Positions 9,141 through 18,854 of a stretch of 64,000 bases of DNA are shown in pieces (within the stretch, counting starts at the first letter, position 1; each line of letters begins with the position of its first letter). The position numbers and the translations under genes are program-made. Origin of the DNA: Candidatus Stackebrandtia faecavium (GTDB lineage: Bacteria > Actinomycetota > Actinomycetes > Mycobacteriales > Micromonosporaceae); NCBI GenBank assembly GCA_019112895.1, contig DXIM01000010.1, forward strand, positions 50,992 through 114,991. The letters are read 5' to 3'. Under the pieces are notes generated by a model. The model saw only the letters and a program-made list of their open reading frames with translations, did not search any database and had not been told where the DNA came from.

Positions 9141-10485
9141 TATCTGTCACCACCTTGTCGAACAGCATTGGCAAACGCCCTGTTGCGTCATACCTGTTTT
9201 TGAGTGCGTGGTACGTCTCCCCGCCGTATTTACGCCAGAACTCGGCACGCCCGTAGTGGACGGTGGAGTACAACGATTTATGACCACCACAGTCGTCAAC
9301 GAGTTCCTCCACCCGACGATTGTGATGGTCGCGCTCATGCTGCGGATCCAAGGCGACGGTGGCCCAGAATCCGAAGTTCACGTACGTCTCACCGATGCCA
9401 AGTGGATATAGAGGCCATTGACGTGCCGAAGAAAGAGCCAATGGGCACACCCAGATCGGGCGGATCGGCACCTCGGCGCAGAACCATTCCAAGAACCGCG
9501 ACGCCTGCCGGATCGGGACCTCAACGTCCTGGATAACGGCCTCGCGACGCCCGCCGCCCAACCTCGCCAGTGTCCTCGTCAGCCCGGTCTTACGGTCCAG
9601 CCGGACAAGCTTGCGATACACATCGGAACGCCGGCGGTAACTGGGCCACAGCCGCCTCACGAACCGATTCTGCACCCCGAAGGCCGCAGAACACCAGAAC
9701 CAGTCGGTGTCCCATCGCCACAGGTAATCGTGAATGGTCAAGCGATCATGCCGTTGCCGCCGCAGCGACTGATAGTAAATGGACTGGCCGGTGTAGTCGC
9801 TCGTCGGTGCATGGTCATCCCGCAACGACCCCACCGTCATGTACATCTCGGTCGGCGAGAACACCACACCGTCCACATAGTCGACCTTGCCCCCGTCGTG
9901 AGTGCGGGTCTCACATGTCTCGTGCATCGCCTCGAAATATTCCTCAGGTCGCGAAAACCGCACGTGAGTCAGTTCGATCTCGTTACTGACCGGGTCGAGA
10001 TCGAGCACGAGCCGCACCGCGTAACCCAAGGTCCCGTACGAGTTTGGCAGAGCCTGGAAGAGGTCGTCACCGGGAAAAACGGTCAGCACACGCCCGTCGC
10101 CAGTCAACACATCCATCTCCCGCACGGCCTCGTGAGGCAAGCCCTCACGAAACGAACTGGACTCTATGCCGAGACCCGCAACGGCCCCACCCACAGTGAT
10201 CGTCTTCAGCTGCGGCACCACGGTAGGCACGAGCTTGTGCGGCAGGGTCGCCGCGACGAGCCGCTCATACGTGATCAGGCCACCGACTTCGATCGTGCGC
10301 GCCTCGGTGTCGAGCGCGATGACACTGTCCAGGCCATCGGTCGGCAGCCCCACCGCGGCATCACGTTTACCGAAACGGAACAGATTCGAGCTCGGTTTGG
10401 CCAGCCGGATCGTGTCGCGGGGATCGGTGGCTCGAAGCGCAGCCTGCAGTCGCGCGACACCGGCGTCATGGAGTGGACGACTCAT
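9127..10485 (-). CDS. FAD-binding oxidoreductase (TmsA/BfaA-like)
   Basis: VVPQLKTITVGGAVAGLGIESSSFR, NSYGTLGY, WRWDTDWFWCS, GGHKSLYS; overlaps the methyltransferase start. Confidence 0.9.
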   Translation of the reverse strand: MSRPLHDAGVARLQAALRATDPRDTIRLAKPSSNLFRFGKRDAAVGLPTDGLDSVIALDTEARTIEVGGLITYERLVAATLPHKLVPTVVPQLKTITVGGAVAGLGIESSSFREGLPHEAVREMDVLTGDGRVLTVFPGDDLFQALPNSYGTLGYAVRLVLDLDPVSNEIELTHVRFSRPEEYFEAMHETCETRTHDGGKVDYVDGVVFSPTEMYMTVGSLRDDHAPTSDYTGQSIYYQSLRRQRHDRLTIHDYLWRWDTDWFWCSAAFGVQNRFVRRLWPSYRRRSDVYRKLVRLDRKTGLTRTLARLGGGRREAVIQDVEVPIRQASRFLEWFCAEVPIRPIWVCPLALSSARQWPLYPLGIGETYVNFGFWATVALDPQHERDHHNRRVEELVDDCGGHKSLYSTVHYGRAEFWRKYGGETYHALKNRYDATGRLPMLFDKVVTDSATG

Positions 10486-10778
10486 ATAGGAAACATTAAT
10501 TGTTTAACGGCGAAAAACACCAACGATCGACCCCTTTCGCGCGACACCGCACGCCCCGCGGCACCACCCGACAGCCCGATTGCGGTTAGCGATCAAACAC
10601 AGAACGCATCGAAAACAGTACAGTCATACCAAACGGCGATTGTGTTGTAGCTAACAGTTGCACCCATGAGCGCATCGCCCATGCAGACGCTCACCGCATC
10701 TGTCTCGTGGCCGCACCCACGATCCAATGCCGCGTCTGGCCGCCACACACCTCTATGAAGATTGCGAGGTAACGGACC

Positions 10779-11957
10779 ATGGTAACCACCACTGTGGGCG
10801 TTATCCGAGAAAGCGACCCCCACGAGAACAGAGTCTCGCTCACCCCGGAAATCACCACCAAGCTCACGTCCCAATCGATCACGGTCCTCGTTGAACACGG
10901 TGCCGGAGCACAGGCGTTGATCCCAGATTCGGAGTACGAAGCCGCCGGCGCGAGCATTGTTACCAGGACGGACCTGTTCTCGCGCTGCGACGTGGTCACA
11001 TGCATCAATGCCCCGAATGAGGAATCGCGCACGCTGATGCGGGAACAACAGATCCTCATTGGTCTCCTGCAACCACAGCAGGATGCGGAGCTGGTGACGC
11101 AGCTATGTCAACGCAAAGTCAGCGCCATCAGCCTCGACCTGTTGCCGCGTCAGCTCAGCCGGGCGCAGTCGATGGACGCGTTGAGTTCCCAAGCCAACAT
11201 CGCGGGCTATAAGGCCGTCCTGGTTGCGGCCAATTCCTACGGCCGCTACTTCCCCATGCTCACCACGGCAGCCGGAACCTCCACTCCGGCCCGTGTCCTA
11301 GTGCTGGGCACCGGAGTGGCGGGCCTGTCGGCCATCGGGACCGCGCGGCGGCTCGGCGCCATCGTGACCGCTTACGATGTGCGGCCGCAAGCCCGCGGCG
11401 AAGTCGAATCGCTAGGAGCCAAGTTCCTCAAGCTGTCGAGCGTCGACTCCGCCGAAGGCAGCGGCGGTTACGCCCGTGCTCTGACACAGCAGGAAAAGCA
11501 AGCCCAGCAGCAGGAATTGTCCGACCACATCAGCAAATTCGACATCGTCATCACCACGGCGAAAGTCCCGGGCGGACCCCCGCCTCAGCTCGTGACGGAA
11601 GCGGCGCTGGACGCGATGCAGCCGGGAAGCGTGGTCGTGGACATGGCCGCGGGGCCATGGGGCGGAAACGTGGCGCTCTCCAAGGCCAACGAGACGGTAA
11701 CCGTCAGCGACAACGTCATCGTGATCGGCAACGACAACCTCGCCTCCGACATGGCGCCGGCAGCCTCGCACACCTATGCCCGCAACATCGCGGCCATGCT
11801 CCGCCACGTCCTCGCCGACGGCGAGCCCTCGATCGACGCCACCGACGACATCACGTCCGCCACGCTCGTCACCCACGACGGCGCCACCGTCAGCCCCGCC
11901 GTCACCGTCGCCGACGACGCTTCAGCCGTCGTCACGTCAGAAGGACCAGCATCATGA
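10779..11957 (+). CDS. pntA: NAD(P) transhydrogenase subunit alpha, domain I
   Basis: ENRVSLTP, SMDALSSQANIAGY, GTGVAGL, YDVRP, DIVITTA, GGNV. Confidence 0.95.
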   Translation: MVTTTVGVIRESDPHENRVSLTPEITTKLTSQSITVLVEHGAGAQALIPDSEYEAAGASIVTRTDLFSRCDVVTCINAPNEESRTLMREQQILIGLLQPQQDAELVTQLCQRKVSAISLDLLPRQLSRAQSMDALSSQANIAGYKAVLVAANSYGRYFPMLTTAAGTSTPARVLVLGTGVAGLSAIGTARRLGAIVTAYDVRPQARGEVESLGAKFLKLSSVDSAEGSGGYARALTQQEKQAQQQELSDHISKFDIVITTAKVPGGPPPQLVTEAALDAMQPGSVVVDMAAGPWGGNVALSKANETVTVSDNVIVIGNDNLASDMAPAASHTYARNIAAMLRHVLADGEPSIDATDDITSATLVTHDGATVSPAVTVADDASAVVTSEGPAS

Positions 11958-12277
11958 GCATCGAACTGTTGACCGCCGTCACCGTTTTCACCCTCGGTGT
12001 CCTGGTCGGTTTCGAAGTCATATCCAAAGTGCCCGCGACATTGCACACCCCGCTCATGTCGGGCGCGAACTCGATCCACGGCATCGTCGTCATCGGTGCC
12101 ATGTTGATAACGGCGTCGGCGGATTCCTTCTTCGGGTATCTCCTGGCGTTCGTGGCCGTCGCGTTCGGGTTCATGAACGTGGTCGGCGGATACGTCGTCA
12201 CCGACCGCATGCTCCACATGTTCCGTGCACGCCCGAAGCCCGGTGACGCCGCCTCAACGGGAGGTAATAAGAAATGA
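11954..12277 (+). CDS. NAD(P) transhydrogenase alpha, membrane part (PntAB)
   Basis: VPATLHTPLMSGANSIHG, NVVGGYVVTDRML; ATG at 11954. Confidence 0.93.
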   Translation: MSIELLTAVTVFTLGVLVGFEVISKVPATLHTPLMSGANSIHGIVVIGAMLITASADSFFGYLLAFVAVAFGFMNVVGGYVVTDRMLHMFRARPKPGDAASTGGNKK

Positions 12278-13683
12278 GCCCCCTCGAACTCGTCATCCGT
12301 TACGTATTCCTCGCCGCCGCCGCATGCCTCGTGCTGGGGCTCCACCTCATGAATTCGCCCGCGACGGCGCGGCGCGGCAACTTGCTGTCCGCGACGGCCA
12401 TGGCGGTCGCGATCGTGTCGACCGGGATCCTGCTGGTCGAAGACGGCGCGATCGACGCGACTGGATGGATCGTCCTGCTATGCGGCGCCGCCACCGGTTC
12501 CGCCGTCGGGCTGTACCTGGCTCGATCGGTCGCCATGACCGCGATGCCGCAGCTAGTCAGCATCTTCAATGCCGTCGGCGGCGGCGCGGCCGTCCTGTTG
12601 GCGGTCGAGCACCTGCAGTTGAGCGCTGACGCCAGTCCCGTCGGCGCCGCCGTCACGGTCCCCGGGGCCCTGGACATCGTGATCGGCGCCGTGACGTTCA
12701 CTGGGTCGATCATCGCCGCCGCCAAACTACAAGGCATCATCTCCGGCAGCCCGATCGTCTTTCCCGGAGCCCGGGTTCTCAACGCAGTGCTCGGGCTAGT
12801 TTTCGTTGGCGGATCGGTCTGGCTGGTCGCCCAGCCCGGTAGCGTGCTCGCCTTGACCGTGCTGCTGGTCGCGGCGCTCATATTCGGCGTGACCATGGTG
12901 CTGCCGATCGGTGGGGCCGATATGCCGGTCGTGATCTCGTTGTTGAACGCGTTCACCGGTACAGCCGTGGCCATGTCCGGCTTCGTGCTCGGCGAGACGA
13001 TCCTGATCGTCGCCGGCGCCCTCGTCGGGGCGGCCGGAACGATCCTGACGAAGCTGATGGCCGACGCGATGAACCGTTCGCTCCTCAACATCATTGTTGG
13101 CGGTTTCGGGACCGCGGACGCCCCCGACGCCGCGGACACATCCGGTGCCGATGTGCGTTCGGTCAACGTCGACGACGTGGCGATCCAGCTCGCTTACGCC
13201 CGCAATGTGGTCGTGGTTCCCGGTTACGGCTTGGCCGCCGCACAGGCGCAACACGAGCTGGCCGGGCTGGCGGAACTGCTGGAGGAACACGGCGTCTCCA
13301 TCAACTACGCCATCCATCCCGTGGCCGGTCGGATGCCTGGACACATGAACGTCCTGCTCGCGGAGTCGAACGTCCCGTATCCGCAGTTGCGCGAGATGGA
13401 CGACATCAACCCCGAGTTCCCGCAGGTCGACGTCGCGCTTGTGATCGGCGCCAACGACGTCACCAACCCGGCGGCCCGGCGCGCCGGCAACGCGATCTCA
13501 GGCATGCCGATCCTCGATGTCGATAAGGCGCGCAGCATCGTGGTGATCAAACGGTCCATGGGCCACGGATACGCGGGGATCGACAACGAGCTGTACACGA
13601 ATCCGAGGACCGGGATGCTGTTCACTGACGCGAAGAAAGGACTCATCGACTTGAGCGCCGCCGTGCGGTCGTTCGTGTCATAG
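12274..13683 (+). CDS. pntB: NAD(P) transhydrogenase subunit beta
   Basis: MPQLVSIFNAVGGGAA, PGYGLA, IHPVAGRMPGHMNVLLAE, GANDVTNPAA, GYAGIDN. Confidence 0.96.
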   Translation: MSPLELVIRYVFLAAAACLVLGLHLMNSPATARRGNLLSATAMAVAIVSTGILLVEDGAIDATGWIVLLCGAATGSAVGLYLARSVAMTAMPQLVSIFNAVGGGAAVLLAVEHLQLSADASPVGAAVTVPGALDIVIGAVTFTGSIIAAAKLQGIISGSPIVFPGARVLNAVLGLVFVGGSVWLVAQPGSVLALTVLLVAALIFGVTMVLPIGGADMPVVISLLNAFTGTAVAMSGFVLGETILIVAGALVGAAGTILTKLMADAMNRSLLNIIVGGFGTADAPDAADTSGADVRSVNVDDVAIQLAYARNVVVVPGYGLAAAQAQHELAGLAELLEEHGVSINYAIHPVAGRMPGHMNVLLAESNVPYPQLREMDDINPEFPQVDVALVIGANDVTNPAARRAGNAISGMPILDVDKARSIVVIKRSMGHGYAGIDNELYTNPRTGMLFTDAKKGLIDLSAAVRSFVS

Positions 13684-13698
13684 ATCGAGCAACCACAA

Positions 13699-13735
13699 AT
13701 CGGGTGGGGCCGCGATGAGCCCGGCCCCACCCGAT
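13699..13735. terminator. Hairpin between convergent genes
   Basis: atcgggtggggcc...ggccccacccgat, 13-bp stem. Confidence 0.8.
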
Positions 13736-14577
13736 CAAGCTCTTAGCGCGGAACGAAACGTCCCACTCGCCATCTCGTGTGCCGCTTGACGCGCGTCGGC
13801 GATCCGTTTGTCGAGCGGGCCCGGTGAGATCGCCCGCGTCGCGACGCGCAACGCACGCAATTGACCAGTCACGACGGCGTCGGTACCGGGCAGAACGGGG
13901 ATCGCGTACATGCGTCGCGCCCAAGCCGGCAGGGAGTTCAACGCCAGCGTCGTCACGAACGGGACCCCCAGGCGCAAAGCTGCGATCCGTCGCGGCATCG
14001 GTGGACGGAAGGAAGCCAAGACGGCGCGCAGCGCGTCGCCTGTGAGCTGCAGTCTCGGCCGCATCGAGGCGAAATACTCCTCGAGTTGGGCGGCACTGTC
14101 GGGGACCCGTTCGCGGTCCAATCCCACAAGCTCTGCGGAGTTGCGGTTCTCGTCGATGTAGCGATCGACCTGATCGTCATCGTCGAAGACGCCAGCCCGT
14201 TTCGCTATCTCGGCGTACGAACCGATCTCGGCGCAATGAACCCACTGCAGATACTCGGGCTCATCGAGTCGAAACGCCGTCGCCGTCTGCGGGTCGAAGC
14301 CGCGGAGTTTGGCGTGGATGGTGCGGACACGCTCCGCGGCGCGGCGTGCTTCCGGCTTGGTCCCGAACGTGCGCACGTTGACGAACTGCGCGGTCCGCAG
14401 GAAGCGGTTCCACGCCTTGCCCGTGTCAAACAATGCCGAATTCTGGTATGTGCCGCGCATGACCCGCGGGTGCAGACTCTGTAGATACATGGCTCGCAAT
14501 CCCGCGACCCACAGGATTGGCTCGACATGGACCCGCCACGTCACGGACCCGGAACCGAAGAAGCCCTCGTCGCCCAT
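13735..14577 (-). CDS. Oxygenase MpaB family (DUF2236) protein
   Basis: GSVTWRVH...GLRAMYLQSLHP, VRTIHAKL, LQWVHCAEI. Confidence 0.88.
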   Translation of the reverse strand: MGDEGFFGSGSVTWRVHVEPILWVAGLRAMYLQSLHPRVMRGTYQNSALFDTGKAWNRFLRTAQFVNVRTFGTKPEARRAAERVRTIHAKLRGFDPQTATAFRLDEPEYLQWVHCAEIGSYAEIAKRAGVFDDDDQVDRYIDENRNSAELVGLDRERVPDSAAQLEEYFASMRPRLQLTGDALRAVLASFRPPMPRRIAALRLGVPFVTTLALNSLPAWARRMYAIPVLPGTDAVVTGQLRALRVATRAISPGPLDKRIADARQAAHEMASGTFRSALRA

Positions 14578-14664
14578 ACCTACAGTCTATTGCCGAACGT
14601 GGCGATGACCAGCCCACGAGCCACACCGCGACGGTGCGGACCGTGAAGCGTTCGATATCGGTAG

Positions 14665-15876
14665 TCAGCCCGCGCGCCCGGCGACAGCTTCGGGCTCCGC
14701 TTGCGCCACGACCGGCACCTTCGTCCTCAGGAATGCCGGGATCACCGCGACGGCCAGTACACCCGCCAGCACCGCGAAACCGATCGGGTAACCGGTCACG
14801 ACTGCCAGGTAGCCGAAACCGACCGCACCGATACCCATGCCGCCATCGTAACCAATATTCCACAATGCACTCACCGCTCCAACGCCCCCGGCGTCCGTAC
14901 GGTCCAGCATCATCGTCAACGTGAGGTTTTGTGTCATGCCGAAGCCCATGCCGAAGATGCACATGCCGCCGATCACCATCGCTGCGCTGCCCGTGGCGTA
15001 CATGCAGGCGGCCCCGATCGCGGCCGCCGCCACTGCGGGAGGCAGAAGCCGCGACGCCCCGAACCGGTCAGACAGCCGGCCCGCCAACCACCGAAACACC
15101 GACGTCAGCGTCGTCTGCGCCAGCAAAGCCACGACCACGACCGAGCCGGAATCGGTGATGCTCACCGCCAGCGGCAAGAAAGTCATGAACACACCCGTGG
15201 CCGTCGCTGCGGCCGTGAAGATCAACGCGGGCCGCAGCACCGCGGGCCTTGCGGCGGCGGCCGCGACACCGGACGTGCCGACGTACGGCTTGCGCGTGTT
15301 CGGGTAGGCGCCGACGGCGACCAACGCGCACAATGCACACAGGAAAGCCAGCACGAAAACCACCGTGAAGCCGACGTTCTCGCTGAGCCAGACCCCCAAG
15401 GGCAGCCCGAAGATCGACGGCACGCACACCGCGACGCCGTACAAGCCGAGGGTTTCGCCTCGCCGCCCTGGCGCCGCGAACTCGGCGGCCAGCGCGGTGG
15501 CACCGACGACGACGATCCCGAAACCGATCCCGCGCGCGAACGCCACCGCAATGATGGCGCCGAACTGGTCGAACGGCACCAGCACCAACGACGGGATAGC
15601 CAGCAGCAGATAGCCGGCGATCATGACGTTGCGGTATCCCCATCTCGCCACCAACTGCGGCATCACTAGCTCGATCGCGACGGTGGCGAGCATCATCACC
15701 CCCGTCACGAGACCGGCGTCGACGGAACTTCCGCTGGATTTGCTGGCGTACAGGGGCGCCACCGTCATCAGGAGGAAAAAGCTCGACAGCGACAGCAAGG
15801 AACCTGTCAACAACCACGCGAGTCGGGGCGTCACCAACCGCGGTTTCTGCGGCACCGAGGACACGTGGCCGGCCAC
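14665..15876 (-). CDS. MFS transporter
   Basis: About 12 hydrophobic segments; MFS motif A-like LAGRLSDRFGASR. Confidence 0.9.
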   Translation of the reverse strand: MAGHVSSVPQKPRLVTPRLAWLLTGSLLSLSSFFLLMTVAPLYASKSSGSSVDAGLVTGVMMLATVAIELVMPQLVARWGYRNVMIAGYLLLAIPSLVLVPFDQFGAIIAVAFARGIGFGIVVVGATALAAEFAAPGRRGETLGLYGVAVCVPSIFGLPLGVWLSENVGFTVVFVLAFLCALCALVAVGAYPNTRKPYVGTSGVAAAAARPAVLRPALIFTAAATATGVFMTFLPLAVSITDSGSVVVVALLAQTTLTSVFRWLAGRLSDRFGASRLLPPAVAAAAIGAACMYATGSAAMVIGGMCIFGMGFGMTQNLTLTMMLDRTDAGGVGAVSALWNIGYDGGMGIGAVGFGYLAVVTGYPIGFAVLAGVLAVAVIPAFLRTKVPVVAQAEPEAVAGRAG

Positions 15877-16047
15877 GAAGGCACTCCTTAAAACAGTGAG
15901 AAGACGACGAAGACCGTCGCATCCTGCGTCGTTTCCGGATCAGCGGCGATCCACAACGAACGCACAAATACGACAGCCCTGATGGTCAATGTATCGTCGC
16001 TCGTCGCGCGATTCCAGTGGCCGACGTTGTCTATTCGCTCACCGCGT

Positions 16048-17493
16048 TCAGGCCGACCGTTGTGTGCGCGTCCATCCGTGCGGTAGGGCCACATTTCGCC
16101 GGTCGCGGTGACGGATCATCGCCTGTTTCGTTTTGCGTTCCCGCAGTCGCTGCAGTGCCGAATATTGCGCGCTGGCGGCTTCCTCCTCGACCGCCATGCG
16201 CCTGGCGAAGGACCGCACCGTGGCATAGAAGAGGTATCGCTTCGAGTTGTCGCATTTCAGGAGGCTCTCGTCGTGGAGCGTCGACAACAATGCAGATGTG
16301 TCGCGCGGCGACTGCCCAGTCAGTGCCGCGGCGGCCTCGATATCGATCGCCCGCCCCGGATAGATTGACAGCAATCGAAACAGTCGCTGGGCCGGCGCAG
16401 GCAGAACGCGGTACGAGGCGAGCAGGGCATGGTGGCTGGCTTCATGGATGGGCAGACCCCGTATGCGGGCGACATGGTCCGCCAGTGTCCAGTCCGGCTT
16501 GTCACGCAAGGCGTTACCGACGACGGTCAATTCGAGTGGCAATTGCTGACACAGGTCCACAAGGGTCCGTGTGCGTTGTGCGTCGCCGTCGATGCGATCG
16601 ACCGGATCGTAACTGCGCAGCAGCGAGACCGCATCGTCGCGGTCCAACACGTCCAGATCTATGTGCTCAGTCCCGGGCACGTCGATGGACCGGCGGCTGG
16701 TGATGATCACGATGTTGGCGCCGTAGCGCGGAATCAACGGCTCCACCTGCGCCGCCGATTCGGCATTGTCGAGGACGACGACGGCGCCTCCGGACCGCAA
16801 CATCTGACTGAATTCCTCGGCGAATCTCGCGCGCGTGAGGCTGTCGACCTGTTGCGGCTTCATCCCCAACCGTTTCAGGAAGCCGCGCAGCACCGCCACC
16901 GAATCGGCTGGCGGTTCGGCGGCGTGATAGCCGCGCAGATCGACGCTCAGCGCGGGCCCGTGCGGGTGCCCATCCTCCGCCAGGTCGGCGCAGATTCGGT
17001 GTGCCAGTTCGGTCTTTCCCACACCGGCCGGACCGCGCAGCGTGATCACCGTCGAACGGTCGGCCGCTTGACCGCCCCGGATATAACGTCTGGCCAGCTC
17101 CCGTTGCCGATCTCGCCCATGGAAACACCACGTCGGCGCGGGTATTTGTGTAGCGATCGGCACCGCCATGGATCGATGTATGCCGTCGACAATGAGCCGG
17201 CATTCCCGTTGGAGCCAACGCAACGCATCCTGGTCCAAGCCGAGCGCCGCGCCGATCTCACGCACGGTTTCCACATTAATTCGTTTACGACCACGCTGGA
17301 AATAGCCGTGGATCGTGGCGACGGACGGTGGCGGCTCCGGAACGCCCTTCTTCTGCCGCTCGTCCTTGATACGACGCCGGATCTCGCGAAAGGACGCATG
17401 CTTCGCATTACTGCGTGCGGTGGACAAGAATTCAGCTATGTCGTCAAGACTGCGGACCGCGATCGGGTCCCTACATCCGCACGCGTGAATCAT
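16048..17493 (-). CDS. HTH + NB-ARC (STAND) transcriptional regulator with no TPR tail
   Basis: N-terminal XRE-like helix region, Walker A GPAGVGKT, VLDNA Walker B, ITSRR, C..LPLEL, then ends after the winged-helix part. Confidence 0.82.
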   Translation of the reverse strand: MIHACGCRDPIAVRSLDDIAEFLSTARSNAKHASFREIRRRIKDERQKKGVPEPPPSVATIHGYFQRGRKRINVETVREIGAALGLDQDALRWLQRECRLIVDGIHRSMAVPIATQIPAPTWCFHGRDRQRELARRYIRGGQAADRSTVITLRGPAGVGKTELAHRICADLAEDGHPHGPALSVDLRGYHAAEPPADSVAVLRGFLKRLGMKPQQVDSLTRARFAEEFSQMLRSGGAVVVLDNAESAAQVEPLIPRYGANIVIITSRRSIDVPGTEHIDLDVLDRDDAVSLLRSYDPVDRIDGDAQRTRTLVDLCQQLPLELTVVGNALRDKPDWTLADHVARIRGLPIHEASHHALLASYRVLPAPAQRLFRLLSIYPGRAIDIEAAAALTGQSPRDTSALLSTLHDESLLKCDNSKRYLFYATVRSFARRMAVEEEAASAQYSALQRLRERKTKQAMIRHRDRRNVALPHGWTRTQRSA

Positions 17494-17523
17494 AGATTTG
17501 CACGCCCCAAATAACGCTACATA

Positions 17524-17535
17524 GTCATATATGAC
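17524..17535. promoter_or_regulatory. Perfect 12-bp palindrome upstream of the NB-ARC regulator
   Basis: gtcatatatgac in an AT-rich 90-bp intergenic gap. Confidence 0.35.
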
Positions 17536-17582
17536 CCTATGAATGATAGATCGCTAATGCAACACCTAGCGTCAAAGTGTCT

Positions 17583-18854
17583 CTAGCCGAGTTCCACACC
17601 ACAGAATCGGTACAACTCCTCCAGCAGTCGCCGGCCGTCCTCCTTCGAAGCGGGAAGCGGCCCCTCCTGCGCTAGACCCGCGTCAGGAAGGTCCGTCAAG
17701 ACTTCGGCGACCGTGCCGCCACCGGCCCGCAACCTGTCGACGATCACGTCGAGTTGGTCCGAGGTCAACGCGGTCTCCACGACGCGACCGTTCACCCCGC
17801 ACACCATCGTCCCGTTGCTGGTAGGCGTCCACGCGCAGACCTCGTCCTCGCCCATGCGCACGCGCGTGTCGTCCGGCAGCGCGCACGGTTCCAGCAGAGC
17901 CGGCACCGGCTCATAGCCGCCTGCCGTCACGCACGCCACGGATCGTTGCGCCGCCCGATCCGTCAACCGCGCACCGGACAACGGCTCAATCAAAGCCGAC
18001 ACGGCCCCCGACATGGCGTCCGGCACTGAGCTGGTCAACACGCCATCCTCGTCGGGCCCTGGCGATGTCATCGCGACATCGAGCGAAGGCAGATACGACT
18101 CCATGCTCTCGCTCACGAGCATCTCGAGGTCGTAGTCCTTATAGAACTTCGGCAGCTCATAGATCGCGCGGTGCCCATCAACCGGCACCCCGACGTTCAC
18201 GCTGGTGGCAGGCGGGCCGTCCCCACTCTCGCCGACGTGGAAATAGCTCGACGGCCAATACAGCATCTGGCCCGGCTCGACATCGACTGCAAACGAGCTA
18301 GGCAGATACTCCTGGTATTTAAGCACCGTCGACACATTCTCGGTCCAGGGACGCTGGGCCCAAAACCGCATCCGCTTGCGCTCGCGCAACGCGAACATGA
18401 ACGTCGCGAACCGATCCTTATGGACACCCACCGGGCTCGACTCATAGTTGCCGTGGAACAACGTGGTGATCGCACTGGTGGCAGGGACACCGATCTGCTG
18501 CCACAATCCCCGATAAAACCTGCGCTGACGCTTCCACATCGCCCAATCGAAGATATGGAAACCGTTGACCATCAGCGCATAGGGCTGCCCGTCCAGCTGC
18601 TTGGCGACCCGGTCGATGTAGCCGTCGAAGTCACCGTCATCGTGCGTCGGCAGGTACGCGTCCGGGATGTCCTGCTGGAACCGGCCGATCGTCAGGTTCA
18701 CTGCCCGTCGGCTCGCGTTCGTAGCTGCGGTGAAAACCTCGTCGGGAACGAAAGGCGGGTCGGCCAGGTTCGTGTACAGCACCGGAGCCCGATTCCAGTA
18801 CTTGCGGGCGAAAGTCTCCCAATCGAACGTGGTCTCCACATTCACATCAGACAT
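17583..18854 (-). CDS. JmjC/cupin Fe(II)-2-oxoglutarate oxygenase (RiPP tailoring candidate)
   Basis: FARKYWNRAP, VGVHKD (HxD), PGQMLYWPSSYFH (distal His); ATG at 18854 overlaps the upstream stop. Confidence 0.85.
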   Translation of the reverse strand: MSDVNVETTFDWETFARKYWNRAPVLYTNLADPPFVPDEVFTAATNASRRAVNLTIGRFQQDIPDAYLPTHDDGDFDGYIDRVAKQLDGQPYALMVNGFHIFDWAMWKRQRRFYRGLWQQIGVPATSAITTLFHGNYESSPVGVHKDRFATFMFALRERKRMRFWAQRPWTENVSTVLKYQEYLPSSFAVDVEPGQMLYWPSSYFHVGESGDGPPATSVNVGVPVDGHRAIYELPKFYKDYDLEMLVSESMESYLPSLDVAMTSPGPDEDGVLTSSVPDAMSGAVSALIEPLSGARLTDRAAQRSVACVTAGGYEPVPALLEPCALPDDTRVRMGEDEVCAWTPTSNGTMVCGVNGRVVETALTSDQLDVIVDRLRAGGGTVAEVLTDLPDAGLAQEGPLPASKEDGRRLLEELYRFCGVELG

